From the NCBI GenBank assembly GCA_963799775.1, contig CAWCYD010000003.1, positions 896,001-960,000 of the forward strand: a stretch of DNA of 64,000 bases, written 5' to 3'. Positions within the stretch are counted from its first letter, which is position 1, and each line of letters begins with the position of its first letter. This document shows, one piece after another, positions 61,453 to 64,000 of this stretch. The stretch is from an uncultured archaeon (lineage in GTDB: Archaea > Thermoproteota > Nitrososphaeria > Nitrososphaerales > Gagatemarchaeaceae). Position numbers and translations under genes: made by a program. The notes under the pieces were generated by a model, which was given only the letters and a program-made list of their open reading frames with translations, was not told where the DNA came from and searched no databases.

Positions 61453-62815
61453 GGTAGACGAGACAATCGCGTGTGCGGTTAAATAACATACCACTCTGAT
61501 ATTCTGTTGGTTCTCGCGAGAAAATCCATCAAGCAGAACTTCGAGCCCACCCCCCGAATCCACGTGCTCATGGAAGATTTCAGGCAGATGACCAATGATT
61601 GTATCAGAATAGGGCTAGAATTCGAGGAAAGGAATGCAGGCAGGACGCCATCGATGAAGAAGCTCTCCCTTCTAGCATACAATGACCTGAGGACTCGTTA
61701 TGGGGGCTTCGCTCAATACACACTCTGTGCGATATCGAAAGCAGCAGGCATACTATCGGCCCGAAGAAAATCGATTAAGCGAGGACATACGACGAAGAGA
61801 CCCTATCCGTCAAACCCGATGCTTGTTTCTTGCTATGGATTCAAGGTCTCAGGGAATTGCGATGGCCTGATTGTTCATCTTGATGCCAAGACATTCGAAA
61901 CTATCCCATTGAATGACCACACACGGTCGATGTTGATGCCGCGTGGTTCCTCGGTTAGGGTCCGCTCATTTACTCTGACCCCAGAATCGATATCGCTCTG
62001 TATCGCCAAAGAGACGGATTCGAGGGAAAGGAACGAGGTCGTCGCTGCAGTCGGAATCGACAGAAATCTCAAAAACGTAGCTGTCGGCAATGAGAGCTTG
62101 GTCACGCTCTATGATTTGACCAAGGTTCTAGAGATAGGAGAGAATACGAGAAGCGTAATCAAGTCATTCAAGAGAAATGATGTAAGAATAAGAAAGAAGA
62201 TCGCATCAAAGTATGGGAATGGGAGGAAGCGTAGGGTAAGGCAGATACTGAATCGATTGTCAAAGGAAATAGTGATACAAGCAAAGAAGAACAAGCAGCT
62301 GGTCGTCTTTGAGGACATGAGAGATATCCGAAAACTGTACAGGAAGGGGAACTACCAAGGCAGGTCTTTCAGAGATAAGATGAACAGCTCTTTCCCGTAC
62401 GGTGAGCTAAAACGAGAGGTAGACTACAAATCAGCATGGGATGGCGAAGTACCGGTGATGACTCTCACAAAGGGTGAGACCAAAGGAACGACTATGGATT
62501 GTCCACGATGCGGGGAGAGACTCCAAGTGGCATCCAGAAACGACACCGTGCACTACAGACAGCTGTGGTGTCCAAAATGTGAGAGATGGACGGACAGGGA
62601 CGTGGTCGCTGTCATGAACATCTCTCACAGGGGGCTGCTGAGGTTCCGCAGTTCAACAATCAAAGGCGAGGCAATTGAAGCAATGAATGGGAACCCGAAG
62701 GAGGGATGGAGCTCTTACAAAGAGCCGGTAAACCTACGAGTCGATGCCTCGAAGTTAGGTCTGACTGAACGTGCTCCTGGCAAGAAGAAGCATGCCCAGA
62801 GGATCTGACAGAACC
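61453..62815 (+). mobile_element. tnpB-only (IS1341-like, IS200/IS605 superfamily) element; boundaries inferred
   Basis: Solo tnpB with its own TATA box (61479-61485) and no tnpA nearby. Bracketed by agccacaa copies. Confidence 0.55.
61507..62808 (+). CDS. tnpB: RNA-guided endonuclease TnpB (Cas12f-related)
   Basis: RuvC-I GIDRN, RuvC-II VFED, zinc finger CPRC/CPKC and RuvC-III DRDVVAVMNI. 433 aa. Confidence 0.92.
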   Translation: MVLARKSIKQNFEPTPRIHVLMEDFRQMTNDCIRIGLEFEERNAGRTPSMKKLSLLAYNDLRTRYGGFAQYTLCAISKAAGILSARRKSIKRGHTTKRPYPSNPMLVSCYGFKVSGNCDGLIVHLDAKTFETIPLNDHTRSMLMPRGSSVRVRSFTLTPESISLCIAKETDSRERNEVVAAVGIDRNLKNVAVGNESLVTLYDLTKVLEIGENTRSVIKSFKRNDVRIRKKIASKYGNGRKRRVRQILNRLSKEIVIQAKKNKQLVVFEDMRDIRKLYRKGNYQGRSFRDKMNSSFPYGELKREVDYKSAWDGEVPVMTLTKGETKGTTMDCPRCGERLQVASRNDTVHYRQLWCPKCERWTDRDVVAVMNISHRGLLRFRSSTIKGEAIEAMNGNPKEGWSSYKEPVNLRVDASKLGLTERAPGKKKHAQRI

Positions 62816-62835
62816 AGCCACAATCCTTTAACGGA
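62620..62835 (+). ncRNA. Putative omega/reRNA scaffold overlapping the tnpB 3' end, with a guide at about 62816-62835
   Basis: Position inferred from the established TnpB architecture. The scaffold/guide boundary is inferred from where similarity to the two TTG-flanked sites begins. The 5' boundary is approximate. Confidence 0.5.
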
Positions 62836-63076
62836 AATAAGTTCGCGAAGACCTTCGACGCGGTCCGATGCGCTGAAGGCCTGGCGTCGTTGTAGCATAG
62901 ATTGACCAAAACTCCATCGTATATCTCTAATAGCATCCTGAAACCATGAAAAGAGTCAAGGTTCAGAGTAGCTCTCCTGCGGCACTCCATCCCCCTGTAT
63001 GCGTGAATCATCAGAAAACAGCTTGACCGACCCTCGGTTTGCGAATCCCCCCTTGAATCGCGACATGGGACGCTAT

Positions 63077-63095
63077 TTGAGCCACAATCTTTAAC
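63077..63095 (+). promoter_or_regulatory. BRE/TATA region of the transporter gene, matching the putative TnpB guide
   Basis: ttg-agccacaatctttaac. The TATA-like ctttaac ends 25 nt before ATG 63120. Confidence 0.7.
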
Positions 63096-63119
63096 TTTTG
63101 ATTCGAGCTTCTTTGTGCG

Positions 63120-63926
63120 ATGCTCGGGTTCGCTGAAACCTTCGGAGCTATCCTCGGGTCTTTCCTCATTCCCACTCTCGTCGGCCTTCTCCTGGTGTCT
63201 CTGGCGGCGCGTTCGGTCCCAGCGAGATATCTGGCGGCCTTCGCGGTGGGCTTGTATCTATGGTTCTTCTCGGATACGATAGGCGATGCCAACCTGCTCG
63301 GCGTCAGCGAGGGCTTCACGGGAGGTGTCTGGCATGTCGTGCTCTGGGTCATGTTTGCCATCGGCTTGATCGTGTTCTTCTCGGCCGACAGAGACATGTT
63401 TGCCTCAGGCTCTGAAGGGGAGCGCTTCGGCTTTGCCATCCCAATCCTCGTGGCGCTGGCTGTGGGTATCCATGGCTTTGGAGAGGGAGCGGCCGTCGGG
63501 GCCACCGCAGCCACATCTCCGAGCACGAGCCTCCTCGATGCGTTCGGCGGACTGTCAGCGGCAGCTTCGTTCCTGATCCACAAGGGCCTTGAGCCCATGA
63601 TGGTCGGCGCAGCCTATTGGGTCTATGCCAAGGACCACGCTACGGACACGGCCGGAAGGGTGCGGGACATCATCATCCTATTGCTTGCCTTCACGCTCCC
63701 CGGAATAGTCGGAGGCTCTGTGGCCTACTACCTAGTTCAAGCGTATCCTAGCGCGGACTTCACCTACGTCTTCGCGCTGGGGCTGGGGCATTCCATCTAT
63801 GCGGCGTTCAGGCTCGTGCGGCCAGTCTTCACAGGTTTGGGCGGAGACGCAGAGTCCCTGAAGACAGCGCTCGTGGTCATCCTCGGGTTCCTATGCCTTT
63901 ATCTGGCCGCGTCGCTTCACTCGTAG
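63120..63926 (+). CDS. ZIP-family-like divalent metal transporter
   Basis: About eight TM segments, with GIHGFGEG and IHKGLE matching the ZIP TM4/TM5 metal-binding motifs. Confidence 0.72.
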   Translation: MLGFAETFGAILGSFLIPTLVGLLLVSLAARSVPARYLAAFAVGLYLWFFSDTIGDANLLGVSEGFTGGVWHVVLWVMFAIGLIVFFSADRDMFASGSEGERFGFAIPILVALAVGIHGFGEGAAVGATAATSPSTSLLDAFGGLSAAASFLIHKGLEPMMVGAAYWVYAKDHATDTAGRVRDIIILLLAFTLPGIVGGSVAYYLVQAYPSADFTYVFALGLGHSIYAAFRLVRPVFTGLGGDAESLKTALVVILGFLCLYLAASLHS

Positions 63927-64000
63927 CGATTCGTTGAACTCGAACCAGAAGATTGCGCTAGTCGTGGTCGTGGTGGCCCTTGTCGGAGGCAGCCTGACCG

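Noticed and set aside
61507-62808. Nuclease-dead TldR
   Set aside because: All three RuvC acidic residues and the zinc finger appear intact. Any regulatory role would have to come from partial guide pairing.
61507-63120. Type V-F CRISPR-Cas (Cas12f) locus
   Set aside because: No repeat-spacer array or cas1/cas2/cas4 near the gene; the architecture fits a solo TnpB.
41794-63598. Numerous 100-220 aa antisense or alternate-frame ORFs (for example 41794-42414, 49812-50468, 63011-63598)
   Set aside because: They shadow well-supported genes and carry no recognisable motifs.

Overview
Archaeal-type DNA, judged from TATA boxes about 25-30 nt upstream of apparently leaderless genes, many TTG/GTG starts and Ser/Thr-rich membrane-anchored proteins. 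A deep-branching Nitrososphaerota/TACK lineage is plausible but is inference only. About 1-56.8 kb is a very large surface-glycan locus. It holds nucleotide-sugar enzymes (two UDP-sugar 6-dehydrogenases, RmlA/RmlB-like proteins, many extended SDR epimerases, a UDP-GlcA decarboxylase, a DegT aminotransferase), about ten GT2/GT4 glycosyltransferases and a Wzx-type flippase. Tailoring enzymes include three methyltransferases, a carbamoyltransferase, a stand-alone TPP E1 beta/alpha pair, an ATP-grasp ligase, a HAD hydrolase and a B12-radical SAM enzyme. There are also four GT-C-type membrane proteins, three of them roughly 950-1080 aa paralogs with an inserted LamG-like lectin domain. From about 52.4 to 60.8 kb lies a toxin-antitoxin-rich island: intact and decayed vapBC modules, a DUF4258/zinc-ribbon-AbrB pair, two RHH-protein plus retropepsin-like protease modules and two paralogous small Cys/His proteins. 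The window ends with cupredoxin, a solo tnpB and a ZIP-like transporter. The most striking observation is that the sequence just 3' of tnpB, where the omega-RNA guide is expected (62816-62832), recurs behind a shared TTG at two nearby sites: over the transporter's BRE/TATA region and upstream of tnpB's own promoter. About ten single-base frameshifts in otherwise intact genes suggest long-read assembly errors, so indel-level conclusions need read checking. I found no rRNA, tRNA or CRISPR array.
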